Below the pieces are notes generated by a model. The model had not been told where the DNA came from and did no database searches. It was given only the letters and a program-made list of their open reading frames with translations. A program made the position numbers and the translations under genes. From an uncultured Thermoleophilia bacterium (GTDB lineage Bacteria; Actinomycetota; Thermoleophilia; UBA2241), in the NCBI GenBank assembly GCA_964533575.1, contig CAZHMG010000001.1, positions 11,385 to 75,384 on the forward strand: DNA of 64,000 bases, written 5' to 3'. Below, in pieces: positions 20,630 through 30,073 of the stretch (positions are counted from its first letter, which is position 1; each line of letters opens with the position of its first letter).

Positions 20630-21063
20630 GACCGCCCACGCCCTTCCGCCCCGCCAGAACCGTTCAGGGTTGCAGCCGGCGGGCAGGCGAAGATCCCGTC
20701 GACCTCCACCTGAATGCCCCGCAGTCCCACTTCGACCAGCGTTCGGGCCGGGCGCCGGTCCGGGAAGTACTCGCGGTACAGCTCGTTGAACGACGGCACG
20801 TTGGCGACGTTCGCGAGGTAGATCGTGAGCTTCAGCGCATCGGCCAGCCCACATCCCGCCGCCTCGACCACCGCCGCCAGATTGTCGAGCGTGACGCGAA
20901 CCTCGTGCTCGAAGCTGCCCACGTCAGGCTCATTACGCTGGGGATCGAGGGGTCCCTGGCCCGAGACGAACAGGAGTCCGCCGTAGCGGACCGCCTGAGG
21001 AAAGGGCCCCCGCCCCACGGGCGCTTTCGAAGAGTGCACTGTGTCGATCTGAAGTGAACCCAT
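20626..21063 (-). CDS. RidA/YjgF/UK114 family imine deaminase
   Basis: GPFPQAV, LFVSGQGP, FNELYREYF, PART (conserved Arg) and VEVDGI. Start set at ATG 21063. Confidence 0.9.
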   Translation of the reverse strand: MGSLQIDTVHSSKAPVGRGPFPQAVRYGGLLFVSGQGPLDPQRNEPDVGSFEHEVRVTLDNLAAVVEAAGCGLADALKLTIYLANVANVPSFNELYREYFPDRRPARTLVEVGLRGIQVEVDGIFACPPAATLNGSGGAEGRGRS

Positions 21064-21092
21064 GGTGCCTCCGCCTCTCCCCGTCACCTCAT

Positions 21093-22259
21093 TCACGTTG
21101 TCCTCGGCTCAGGGGTGGAGCGCAAACCGAGGAGCCGCGCGACATTGCCCCCGAACAACAGATCTCGATGGTCGTCCGAGAGAGTCAGATCGAGACACTC
21201 GAGGTAGTCTCGGCCCTGCCTGTAGGTGCAGTTGCGCTGGATGTTCGGCAGGTCTGAACCCCACACCAGTTTCTCCGGACCGAGGACGTCGAACAGCTCC
21301 TCGGCGAGCGGCTTCACCTGAGCATACGGATACCGCCATACGGTGCCGCCGGGCACCGGATGGCTGACCTGCATGGGGAACAGCAGCTCGAGGTGAACGT
21401 TCGGCCGCCGCCAGATCTCCCAGAGTTCATCCGGGACGGCCTTCAGCGTGTCGCCGTCCCTCAGATGGCCCAGGGGCACGCCATGGACGAGCACGCACTG
21501 GATATCGGGAGCATAGTCGAGCCATCGCTCGAACCGGTGCATCTGGACCATGAAGCGCTCGAACGGCGACTTGTCGCGCAGCTCGGGCTCTGGACTGCCG
21601 GTGATGTCCCAGAACACCGGGATCCCCAGAGCCCGCACCTCGTCCCAGAAAGCGTGGTAGCACTCGTCATCAAGATGGCGCCGATACCCGATTTCGAAGA
21701 ACCGGGGGGTTCCGAAGTACAGCGCCTTCAGGCCGAGATCCTTGACGCCACGCGTGAGCTCGGCGATCTGCCGCTCCTCGTCGGCCCGCGCCTCGTTGAC
21801 CTGGACGGTGCCCACGAAGGTGTCGGGATACGCTCGCTGAGCCTCGGCGAAAAAGTCGTTCAGGCACCCATAAAGCCAAGCGTTCTGGAGCACCGCCATC
21901 TCCACGCCCGCGTACGCCAGCTCCGCCTTGATGTAGTCCGGGGATGCCGTGGTGTCCTGGAGAGTCGGCCCGTACAGGTTCAGATAGTAGTCCTCACGGT
22001 TCTTCGTCCACTCAAGCCGTCCGTACTTGCCGACGCGGAAGGCGACGTCGAGAGCGCCGTCGGCTCCCGTCGACTGCGGATCCCAAACCCCCCACTCGGC
22101 CCGATCGGCGACCACACTGTCGTCGCTGCTCCTTCTGACTGCCTGCGACGGCGAGTCCGAGACGAACTTCTGCAGATACAGCAAGGTCGTGAGATCAGAA
22201 TCAGGACGCCTCTCGCCGGACAGCGCCGGAAAGGCGTGGACATGAGCATCGATGATCAT
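21093..22259 (-). CDS. Amidohydrolase family protein (amidohydrolase_2-like)
   Basis: IIDAHVH metal-binding motif, VLVHG and WGSDLP. Start set at ATG 22259. Confidence 0.88.
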   Translation of the reverse strand: MIIDAHVHAFPALSGERRPDSDLTTLLYLQKFVSDSPSQAVRRSSDDSVVADRAEWGVWDPQSTGADGALDVAFRVGKYGRLEWTKNREDYYLNLYGPTLQDTTASPDYIKAELAYAGVEMAVLQNAWLYGCLNDFFAEAQRAYPDTFVGTVQVNEARADEERQIAELTRGVKDLGLKALYFGTPRFFEIGYRRHLDDECYHAFWDEVRALGIPVFWDITGSPEPELRDKSPFERFMVQMHRFERWLDYAPDIQCVLVHGVPLGHLRDGDTLKAVPDELWEIWRRPNVHLELLFPMQVSHPVPGGTVWRYPYAQVKPLAEELFDVLGPEKLVWGSDLPNIQRNCTYRQGRDYLECLDLTLSDDHRDLLFGGNVARLLGLRSTPEPRTT

Positions 22260-22302
22260 GTGCTTCTGGCCTCCAACGCTGTCATGGACGGCATGAGCTC
22301 TC

Positions 22303-23103
22303 TCAGTCGATGTTGTCGGTGACGACGTAGCCGCCGCTGATGAGCTGCAGACCCGGCATGTCGTCGTTGGGCCGGCCCTGCAGCGCAACGCTGTAGAGGT
22401 CGCCGCGCAGGTGGACCCTGACGATCTGCACAGGGCGATCGCCCTCGATGTAGCTGACCGACTCGTGCAGGAGAAGCGGCTGCGCGGCCTCTACACCGAG
22501 CATGGCGGCCTGTCTCAATGTGGGCTGAACTGGGCGGATGTCCATCTCGACGCGCACCACGTCGAACCCTGCCGAACGGATCAAGCCGAGAATGGACTGG
22601 TGCGCGAGGTCGGCCTTGGCGATCACACGACCGAGCTCAAGCGGGAAGAAGCGCGACTCGAGCCAGAGTGGCTTGTCGCCTGCCCGCCCGAGACGGCGAA
22701 TGCGGACGACGATGTCATGACACTCGAGGCCCAGCTTGGCAGCCACAGACTCCGGCGCCTCTCCCTCCGTGGCTTCGAGCAGATCAGCTTGGGGCTCCAA
22801 GCCACCAACCCTGAGCTCCTCCTCGAAGCCGCGGAACTGACTGTGTGAGTCCCCAGGCGCGGACAGGCGATCGACCAACGAAGACAGAACGGTCCGGGCG
22901 CCACGACGACGAATGACCAAGCCGTCCTCTTCGAGCCGGTCGAGCGCCCGCCGAACGGTGACGCGACTCACGCCATACTTGGCGGCCAATTCGTTCTCGC
23001 CCGGAATCGGCACGCCGGCCTTGTAGTCCCCGCCGGCGAACTCTTGGCGGAGCTTCAACTCCAACTGGTAGTACAGGCTCACTGGCGCTTTGGTGTCGAG
23101 CAC
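22303..23103 (-). CDS. GntR family transcriptional regulator (HutC/UTRA subfamily)
   Basis: LYYQL, IPGENELAAKYGVSRVTVRRAL winged HTH, C-terminal UTRA-like domain (RIRRLG...PLWLE). Confidence 0.93.
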   Translation of the reverse strand: MLDTKAPVSLYYQLELKLRQEFAGGDYKAGVPIPGENELAAKYGVSRVTVRRALDRLEEDGLVIRRRGARTVLSSLVDRLSAPGDSHSQFRGFEEELRVGGLEPQADLLEATEGEAPESVAAKLGLECHDIVVRIRRLGRAGDKPLWLESRFFPLELGRVIAKADLAHQSILGLIRSAGFDVVRVEMDIRPVQPTLRQAAMLGVEAAQPLLLHESVSYIEGDRPVQIVRVHLRGDLYSVALQGRPNDDMPGLQLISGGYVVTDNID

Positions 23104-23132
23104 GGCTCCCCCAGACAGCCGATTTGTCTGCT

Positions 23133-23171
23133 TGTATGGTCACGTATACATGTTCTTCTCTGCTTGCGCAA
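23133..23171 (-). promoter_or_regulatory. Putative sigma70 promoter of the GntR operon with an overlapping candidate operator
   Basis: On the minus strand TTGCGC-N17-TATACG; imperfect palindrome TGTATGGTCACGTATACA (23133-23150) overlaps the -10; locally AT-rich. Confidence 0.45.
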
Positions 23172-23183
23172 TGCTTCTTGCCG

Positions 23184-23414
23184 TTAGGGCCCCGCGGACG
23201 GGAACCCGGCACGGTGCTCGACGAGCACCGGGAGGCGGCGGCGCTCCCTGGGCCGCAGGATCTCGAAGCCGAAGCGATCGCTCATCGCCTTCCAGCGGTA
23301 GAAGGTCGAGCGGTGGATGCCGTGCAGGCGGCAGGCCGCGGCCACCGCGCCGAGAGCTCCCGCGCTGGCGAGCACACGTAGACGGTAGGCGAAAAGGACA
23401 TCATCATTGGTCAT
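23184..23414 (-). pseudogene. IS481-family transposase fragment
   Basis: 76 aa, HTH only; premature stop. Confidence 0.78.
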
Positions 23415-23527
23415 GGGGCGGCGCTCCTGCTGCGAGAACCTGGACAGTCCTTGCAGAGAAGGATGCGTCGCCCCACCTCAGGGCGGCAAGAGGATTCCGA
23501 GTGTCGGCACTACTCGGGGATAGGACA
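23184..23527 (-). mobile_element. Truncated IS481-family insertion sequence (left end plus transposase N-terminus)
   Basis: The minus strand starts TGTCCTATCCCCGAGTAGTGCCGACAC, an IS481-like TGT end. ORF 23414-23184 has the HTH AACRLHGIHRSTFYRW and LRPRERRR but no DDE domain. No right end found. Confidence 0.75.
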
Positions 23528-23529
23528 GG

Positions 23530-23600
23530 CTAGCCGGCCGCGGCGCCCACGTTGACACCGACCGTCAGCCCGTCCGCTCGATACGCCTCCCGGACCTCGC
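23530..23600 (-). pseudogene. HIT-family hydrolase remnant
   Basis: REAYRADGLTVGVNVGAAAG* matches the HIT (P)DGFNVGVNxGxAAGQ segment; it stops where Q is expected, 2 nt from the IS end, and lacks the HxHxH triad. Confidence 0.5.
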
Positions 23601-23733
23601 GGCGCGGGGCGCCTCCCTCACCCCACCAGCTCGACCTCGCCGGCCTGCCACGTCTTGTCGAAGAACGGCTCGAGGGGAACGAGGATGCACGACGCCCTCT
23701 GATCACCACAGCGATCTCACGTGGCTGCAACGC

Positions 23734-23761
23734 TTGACAGCCGTTCCCTCACATCTACGGT
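23734..23761 (+). promoter_or_regulatory. Putative sigma70 promoter of the acyl-CoA ligase operon
   Basis: TTGACA-N16-TACGGT ending about 60 nt upstream of the ATG at 23819. Confidence 0.5.
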
Positions 23762-23818
23762 GAAGGTAGGCGCCACACATGCCGGAGGGTCTGCCGAGGA
23801 TCTGACTGGGAAGCTCTC

Positions 23819-25561
23819 ATGCCTGCGCTGGGGGATCCAACTGAGTCCGGGTTACGCCCGTGGCTGCGGCACTACGACCACGGTGTTTCCGCCACGATTG
23901 AATACCCGAAGCTCACCATGGCAGGGATCCTTCGGCGCACAGCGCTTCGGTACCCCGAGCGTCCAGCGCTGATCTTCTTCGGCCGCCGGACGCTCTTTCG
24001 CGATCTGGACGAGCGCGTCACGCGGCTGGCGAGCGCCCTCCGCACCCTAGGGCTGCGCCCGGGCGACCGCGTGGCCCTCTTCCTGCCCAATTGCCCGCAA
24101 TTGATCGAGAGCTTCTACGCCGTCTGGCGCGCCGGCTGCGTGGCCATACCGGTCAATCCCCATGCCACGGGCGCTGAGCTGGCACGCGAGCTCTTTGATT
24201 CGGAGGCGGCCGGCATCGTGGCGCTCGATCGCCTGTGGCTGCGTCTGCCCGCCGTCACCCTGCCGCCGACCCTGCGGCGGATCGTGCTGGCCGACATCAC
24301 TGACGACCTGCCGCTCACGCTGCGGGTCGGCGCCAGGCTCGCACAGCAGGTCTCCTCTCCTCCCCTGCCGGCGCGAACCGGCCCGGAGCCCGTCCGTCTC
24401 ACTGCGCTGGTGACCGAAAGGGGGCACGAGACCGACGATGCCGGCACGAAGACCTCCGATCCGGCCGTCCTGCTCTACACGGGCGGGACGACAGGACTTC
24501 CGAAAGCTGCCGTCCTGACGAACGGCAACCTCGTCGCGAATGCCTGCCAGCTGGGGGCTTGGGCGGCGGGCCTGCATGACGGCGCCGAGGTCATGCTGTC
24601 TGCCCTTCCGCTCGTCCACGGCTACGCGATGACCGCTTGCATGAACGTCGCAGTGCTGCGCGGCTGGACCCAGGTCCTGCTCCCCGACCCGCGCGACCTC
24701 GACCAGCTCCTCGAGGCCATCGAGCGCCAGCGCGTCACGGTGTTTCCAGGCGTGCCCACGCTCTACGCCGCGCTGTGCGGGCACGCCGACGTCCGCTCCG
24801 GGAAGCGGGACCTTCGCTCGATCGAGGCCTGCATCAGCGGTGCTGCCAGCCTGCCCACAGGCATCCAGGACGAATTCGAGCGAGTGACGGACGGCAGGCT
24901 GGTCGAGGGCTATGGGCTGACCGAGGCTTCTCCGGCGACGCACTGCAACCCACTCAGCGGCAGGGGCAGGAGCGGCACGATCGGGCTGCCGCTGCCGGAC
25001 ACTGACTGCCGACTCGTCGATCCCGAGACCGAGACCCGACCCGTCGGCCTGGGAGAGCACGGCGTGCTCTGCGTGAGTGGGCCGCAGGTCATGGCCGGCT
25101 ACTGGAACAGGCCGGATGACTCTGAGCAGACCCTGAGGCGCGACGAGACGGGCAGGGTCTGGCTGCACACGGGTGACATCGCCACGATGGACGCCGACGG
25201 CTACTTCCGCATCGTCGATCGCAAGAAGGACGTTATCGTCGCGGCGGGGGGCCTCAAGGTCTATCCCAACGAGATCGAGAACGTGCTGTCGACGCATGCC
25301 GCGGTCAGGCAGGCGGCTGTGATCGGCGTGCCACCCGGCGGTGCCGATCAGCGCGTCAAGGCGTTCGTGGTGCTGCGGGAGGGCGAGAGCGCCGCCGCCG
25401 AGGAACTGCTCGCCTTCCTGCGAACACGCCTCGCACCCTACAAGATGCCGAAGACCATCGAGGTGCGCGACGAGCTGCCCCAGGCGTTCACCGGCAAAGT
25501 GCTGCGCCGCGTCCTGGCCGACGAGGAGAGGGCTGCAGCCGAGATCAAGCAGAGCGGCTGA
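23819..25561 (+). CDS. Long-chain fatty acid--CoA ligase (FadD-like AMP-binding enzyme)
   Basis: YTGGTTGLPK, EGYGLTE, WLHTGD, DRKKD, VYPNEIE and GKVLRR. Confidence 0.93.
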   Translation: MPALGDPTESGLRPWLRHYDHGVSATIEYPKLTMAGILRRTALRYPERPALIFFGRRTLFRDLDERVTRLASALRTLGLRPGDRVALFLPNCPQLIESFYAVWRAGCVAIPVNPHATGAELARELFDSEAAGIVALDRLWLRLPAVTLPPTLRRIVLADITDDLPLTLRVGARLAQQVSSPPLPARTGPEPVRLTALVTERGHETDDAGTKTSDPAVLLYTGGTTGLPKAAVLTNGNLVANACQLGAWAAGLHDGAEVMLSALPLVHGYAMTACMNVAVLRGWTQVLLPDPRDLDQLLEAIERQRVTVFPGVPTLYAALCGHADVRSGKRDLRSIEACISGAASLPTGIQDEFERVTDGRLVEGYGLTEASPATHCNPLSGRGRSGTIGLPLPDTDCRLVDPETETRPVGLGEHGVLCVSGPQVMAGYWNRPDDSEQTLRRDETGRVWLHTGDIATMDADGYFRIVDRKKDVIVAAGGLKVYPNEIENVLSTHAAVRQAAVIGVPPGGADQRVKAFVVLREGESAAAEELLAFLRTRLAPYKMPKTIEVRDELPQAFTGKVLRRVLADEERAAAEIKQSG

Positions 25562-25585
25562 CGTCCATTCAGGAGAGGAGGAGAC

Positions 25586-27103
25586 ATGCGAGGCGGAGGC
25601 GAGGTTGACCTCGGTGTGAGGGTAGCGGAGATCCTCAACCGACATCCGGCGATAGGCTTGGCGTTGGGCGTGGTTCGCAACGGACGGCTCGAGTCGTTTG
25701 CGGCCCGCGGCCTCGCAGACGTCGCCGCGGGCACGCCAATCACCGAGGACACGATCTTCCGCGTCGCCTCGATCACCAAGACCTTCACCGCCGTCGCTAT
25801 CATGCAGCTCCAGGAGCAGGGATTGATCGACCTGGACGCCCCGGCGAACGACTACCTGCGCGCGTTCGAACTGAAGCCCGCGAATGCGTCGTGGCGTCCG
25901 GCGACCGTGCGCGATCTGCTCACGCACACCGCCGGCGTCCCGGAGACCGTGCAGCCGTGGCACGTCCTGCTCCCGGACTACGGCGAGAGCGTGAAGGCGG
26001 GGAGATCGGCGCCGCCGCTGGCGGAGTTCTACGGCGGCGCCCTTCGCCTCGAGGCCGAGCCGGGCACGCGGTTCGTCTACGGGAACCACAGCCCCGCGGC
26101 GCTCGGCCAGATCGTCGAAGACGTGAGCGACGAGCCACTGACGCACTACTTCCAGGACCATATCCTCGCGCCGCTCGGCATGGCCAACGCCGGTCTTGGC
26201 GGGTCCACCGCGGTCACCCCCCAGCTCGCGACGGGCTACCGGCTGCGATCGCGCGGCCCGGTGCCCGTTCCTGAGCGGGAGTTCGCCACCGCGGCGGCCG
26301 CCTCCCTCTGCGCCAGCTCGCGAGACATGGCTCGGTACCTGGCGGCGCTCCTGAACGGCGGCGCCAACAACGAGGGGCGTATTCTGCAGCCCGAGAGCGT
26401 CGCCGAGATGTTCGCGCCGCAGTACCAGCCGGATCCGCGCCTCGCGGGTATGGGCCTCGCGTTCTTCAGAGTCAACCTGCAGGGCCACCGCGCGGTCGAG
26501 CATTCCGGACTTCTCCCCGGCTTCGATTCCCAGGTGATGCTGGCCCCGGACGACGGCGTCGCCGTCATGGCCTTCACCAACGGCACGAGACAGGGCATCA
26601 TGTGGTTGGGAGGCGAGGCGCAGCGACTGCTCGGCGAGCTCGTCGGCGCCCCGGACGAGCCGATCCGCGCGGGCGTCCCCCACCATCCCGAGATCTGGCC
26701 GCAGCTCTGCGGCTGGTACCGGCTCTCAGCCGGGATCAGGGATCTGCGACTGGCCGGGTTCATGGGCCCAGGCATCGAAGTCTTCATCCGCCGCGGGCGC
26801 CCGATGCTGCGCTTCCTCACCCCTGTGCCGGCGCTGTGCCAGGGCTTCCCGCTCCACCCGGACGACGAGAACGACCCCTACGTCTTCCGCGTGGATTTCT
26901 CCGACATGGGCGCGCCGCGGATCGCGTTCAGCACCGGTCCGCATGGAGTTGTGACTGCCGTCACGCTCGACCACCCGCTGATGGCCCTGCGCCTCAGGAA
27001 GCAGAGTCCCGCCACGAATCCGCGGCGATGGGCGATGGGGACGCTGGCGGCGCTCGGGACGGCCGGCGCAGCCGCCGCCGTCCTGCGCGCCGTCCGTGAG
27101 TGA
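25586..27103 (+). CDS. Serine hydrolase, beta-lactamase-related (class C/PBP fold), with C-terminal extension
   Basis: SxxK in FRVASITK, LLTHTAG, YGN, HSG; hydrophobic C-terminal tail. Confidence 0.88.
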   Translation: MRGGGEVDLGVRVAEILNRHPAIGLALGVVRNGRLESFAARGLADVAAGTPITEDTIFRVASITKTFTAVAIMQLQEQGLIDLDAPANDYLRAFELKPANASWRPATVRDLLTHTAGVPETVQPWHVLLPDYGESVKAGRSAPPLAEFYGGALRLEAEPGTRFVYGNHSPAALGQIVEDVSDEPLTHYFQDHILAPLGMANAGLGGSTAVTPQLATGYRLRSRGPVPVPEREFATAAAASLCASSRDMARYLAALLNGGANNEGRILQPESVAEMFAPQYQPDPRLAGMGLAFFRVNLQGHRAVEHSGLLPGFDSQVMLAPDDGVAVMAFTNGTRQGIMWLGGEAQRLLGELVGAPDEPIRAGVPHHPEIWPQLCGWYRLSAGIRDLRLAGFMGPGIEVFIRRGRPMLRFLTPVPALCQGFPLHPDDENDPYVFRVDFSDMGAPRIAFSTGPHGVVTAVTLDHPLMALRLRKQSPATNPRRWAMGTLAALGTAGAAAAVLRAVRE

Positions 27104-27112
27104 GGAGACGAG

Positions 27113-28498
27113 ATGGATGCCGAGGAGCTGCACCGCCTCAAGCAGGATGCCGTCGACAGGATCATCTTCCACGCGACGCCCAAGAAGTGGGTGAGCGACT
27201 CCGGTCCGTGGGTGCTGGAGCGGGGCGAAGGGACCTTGATCCGCGACGCGGACGGCCACGAGTACCTCGACGCGCTGTCCGGCGGCGTCTTCGCCGTGCT
27301 CGCCGGCTACGGTCGCGAGGAGATCGCGCGGGCGATGTACGACCAGGCGGTGCAGCTGAACTACACGAGCCCGTATGCGACGACCAGCGAAGTGACCGTG
27401 GAGCTGGCGCGAAAGCTGGCCGAAGTCACGCCGGGCCAGCTCTCCGCCTCGTTCTTCTGCACCAGCGGTTCGGAGGCGATCGAGGCCGCGATCAAGCTGG
27501 CGCGGCAGTATCACGAGGCGCGCGGCGAGACTCGACGCCACAAGGTCGTCTCGTTGCGCCGCTCGTACCACGGCGCGACGATGGGCGCCCTGTCGGCCAC
27601 CGGCTGGAGTCCCGGCTTCGGAGTGTTCCGCCGCAGCGCCGACCCCATGGTGCCGATGGCGGGGTTCGCGAGCGCCATGCCTCCCTACTGTTATCGGTGC
27701 GAGCTCGGCCTGAGCAGTCCCGAGTGCCGGCTCGCCTGCGCGACCAGCATCGAGCAGGCCATCCTCGGCAGCGATCCGGAGCTGGTGTCGTGCGTCGTCC
27801 TCGAACCGGTCATGGGGACGGGCGGGTGCATCGTGCCTCCGGCCGGTTACCTCGCCACGGTACGGGAGATCTGCGACCGCTACAGCGTCCTGCTCATCTC
27901 CGACGAAGTCGTGTGCGGCTTCGGCAGGACGGGGCGATGGTTCGGCGTCGACCACTTCGGCGTGACACCTGATGTCATGGTCGTGGCCAAGGGGCTCACG
28001 AGCGGGTACGCACCCATGGCCGCAACCATCGCCACGCGCGAGATCGCGGACACGCTTCCCGTCTTCTTCGACGTCCACACGTACGGCGGCCACCCGGTCT
28101 CCGCAGCCGCCGCCCTCGCCAACATCCGCATCATCGAGCGCGAGCACCTCGTCGACAATGCGGCGACGGTCGGCGCCCACCTGCTGTCGCTCCTCGAGGA
28201 GCTGCGACGGCATCCCATCGTCGGCGACGTCAGGGGGCTGGGCCTGTTCGCCGCGATCGAGCTGAGCAGGGATCCGGAACGGGGCGAGGACTCCGCCGCC
28301 GCACTGCACATGGACAACCAGGTCGCCGCCGTCGCGCTCTCGATGGGACTGTTCGTGCGGCCGCTCGGCGGCACGATCCTGCTCGGCCCCCCGCTGATCT
28401 TCACCAGAGCCCAGGCGGAACGAACGGTCGAGGTGCTCGACGCGGCGCTCGCTCTGGTGGAGGAGCGGCCGGCCGGCCTGGGCGGGGCGGGCGCATGA
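27113..28498 (+). CDS. Class III PLP-dependent aminotransferase (omega-amine transaminase type)
   Basis: SGSEAIE, SYHGAT, EPVMG, DEVVCGFGRTG, PLP lysine in AKGLTSGY, HTYGGHP. Confidence 0.93.
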   Translation: MDAEELHRLKQDAVDRIIFHATPKKWVSDSGPWVLERGEGTLIRDADGHEYLDALSGGVFAVLAGYGREEIARAMYDQAVQLNYTSPYATTSEVTVELARKLAEVTPGQLSASFFCTSGSEAIEAAIKLARQYHEARGETRRHKVVSLRRSYHGATMGALSATGWSPGFGVFRRSADPMVPMAGFASAMPPYCYRCELGLSSPECRLACATSIEQAILGSDPELVSCVVLEPVMGTGGCIVPPAGYLATVREICDRYSVLLISDEVVCGFGRTGRWFGVDHFGVTPDVMVVAKGLTSGYAPMAATIATREIADTLPVFFDVHTYGGHPVSAAAALANIRIIEREHLVDNAATVGAHLLSLLEELRRHPIVGDVRGLGLFAAIELSRDPERGEDSAAALHMDNQVAAVALSMGLFVRPLGGTILLGPPLIFTRAQAERTVEVLDAALALVEERPAGLGGAGA

Positions 28499-29904
28499 GC
28501 GCTGCGGGCCAAAGCGCCCGGACCGCCCCCAGGCGAGCTGGTGGTATCTCTCGCCTGACCCCGTTCGACCGCATGTACCTGCGTGACGAGTCGCCCGACT
28601 GGCCGTGCCACTTCGGCGGTCTGGCCGTTCTGGAGGGCCAGGCGCTGCTGGACTCCGCCGGCGTGCTGCGGCTGGCCGAGATCAGAGAGCGGCTGGACCG
28701 CCGGCTGGCGCGCGTCCCGGAGTTGCGGCGGCGCGTGTACTTTCCCGGGACGCTGAGGGGCGGTCCGCTCTGGGTCGACGACGCACGATTCGCGATAGAG
28801 CAGCACGTCCTTCAGGCGGCCGTTCCGGCACCCGGCGGAGAGACCGAGCTGCTCGAGACGGCCGCCTGGCTCTACGGGCACCTGCTGGATCGCCGGCGGC
28901 CCTTGTGGGAGCTCTGGTTCCTGACCGGCATGAGCAACGGCCGCGTCGGCTTGCTGCTCAAGCTGCATCATTCGGTCGCCGACGGAACCGCGGCCGTTCG
29001 GGCAATGCAGTCCCTGTTCGATGCGGCGGCCGACGCGGCGGAGCCTGCGAAGTCCCCCTGGACGCCACGGCCCCTCCCGGGCAGCCTGCCGCTGCTCTTC
29101 GACGCGTTCGCCGCCAAGGCGCGCGGCCTCCGCCGCGGCGTAACCGCGCTCGGCCATCCGCGGCGCCTCGCGAAGGGGGCAAGGGTCGTCGCCCTGGTGC
29201 TCGGACGGACGATGGGGCAGAAGGGCGCGCCGCGCACCTCCCTCAACCAGGTCGTCCGGGCCGGGCGCCGGCTGCGTTGCGCCCGGCTCGATCTCGCCGC
29301 AGTGAAGCAGGCCGCGCACGGTCACGACGGCAAGGTCAACGACGTCGTGCTCGACCTGTGGGCGGGAGGGCTGCGTTCCTTGCTCGTCTCCCGCCACGAG
29401 CGCGTCGCCGGCGTCGAACTCGCCACTGGCCAGGCAATCTCGCTGCGATCGTCGGACGACGCGTCCGTCGACAACCAGGCCGGGACTGTCGTGCTGCGCC
29501 TGCCGGTCTGGGAGCCCGATCCGATCCGCCGGCTCGACCTGATCGTCGCGATGACGCGCAAGGTCAAGGCTCGCCAGCAGCCCGCCGCCATCAAGGACGT
29601 CGCGGCGGCGATGGCGACGTCGCCGCTCGCGCCCTATTTCAATCGGCATCAGAAGGCCGCCAACGTCATCGTCACGAACGTCCCTGGACCACCCCGGCAC
29701 ATGCACATCATGGGCGCCCGGGTCAACGAGATCCTGCCGATCATCCCGCTCATCGGCAACATCGGCCTCACCCTGTGCGCGCTTTCCTATGCGGGTCAGA
29801 TCTCTCTCGTTGTGACCGCCGATGCGACCGCCTTCCCCGACCTTGAGGTGCTGACGGCGGCGATGGAGCGCGAGTGGGAAGTGCTCGCCAGCCAGTTGCA
29901 GTGA
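28495..29904 (+). CDS. Wax ester synthase/diacylglycerol acyltransferase (WS/DGAT) family O-acyltransferase
   Basis: LDRRRPLWE, catalytic HHSVADG, VNDVVL, TNVPGP and SYAGQ; ATGA overlap with the aminotransferase. Confidence 0.92.
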   Translation: MSAAGQSARTAPRRAGGISRLTPFDRMYLRDESPDWPCHFGGLAVLEGQALLDSAGVLRLAEIRERLDRRLARVPELRRRVYFPGTLRGGPLWVDDARFAIEQHVLQAAVPAPGGETELLETAAWLYGHLLDRRRPLWELWFLTGMSNGRVGLLLKLHHSVADGTAAVRAMQSLFDAAADAAEPAKSPWTPRPLPGSLPLLFDAFAAKARGLRRGVTALGHPRRLAKGARVVALVLGRTMGQKGAPRTSLNQVVRAGRRLRCARLDLAAVKQAAHGHDGKVNDVVLDLWAGGLRSLLVSRHERVAGVELATGQAISLRSSDDASVDNQAGTVVLRLPVWEPDPIRRLDLIVAMTRKVKARQQPAAIKDVAAAMATSPLAPYFNRHQKAANVIVTNVPGPPRHMHIMGARVNEILPIIPLIGNIGLTLCALSYAGQISLVVTADATAFPDLEVLTAAMEREWEVLASQLQ

Positions 29905-30073
29905 CGATCCGCTGCCAGTGGGGCTGTAGCATGCTGATTGAAGGGCGGAGTGCACTCGACATGAGAACGGTCCTCGCGCCCTCCTCCTCAGGTGGAGAAT
30001 AGCGCGACGACCGCGGTCATCGTTGTGTCGCCCAACCGCACCCGTCGTCGACCGCCCCCGGTGGCCGGCCTTC

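Noticed and set aside
23442-23449. Isolated GGACAGTC half-site (also 63811-63818)
   Set aside because: Single half-sites with no partner, inside an IS leader or at a stop codon; compatible with chance.
24047-26686. 879-aa minus-strand ORF (also 26726..28309 and 27880..30108)
   Set aside because: Antisense shadows of the well-supported plus-strand operon.
25586-27103. Beta-lactam resistance gene
   Set aside because: SxxK fold only; no signal peptide and a lipid-metabolism context favour an esterase or amidase.
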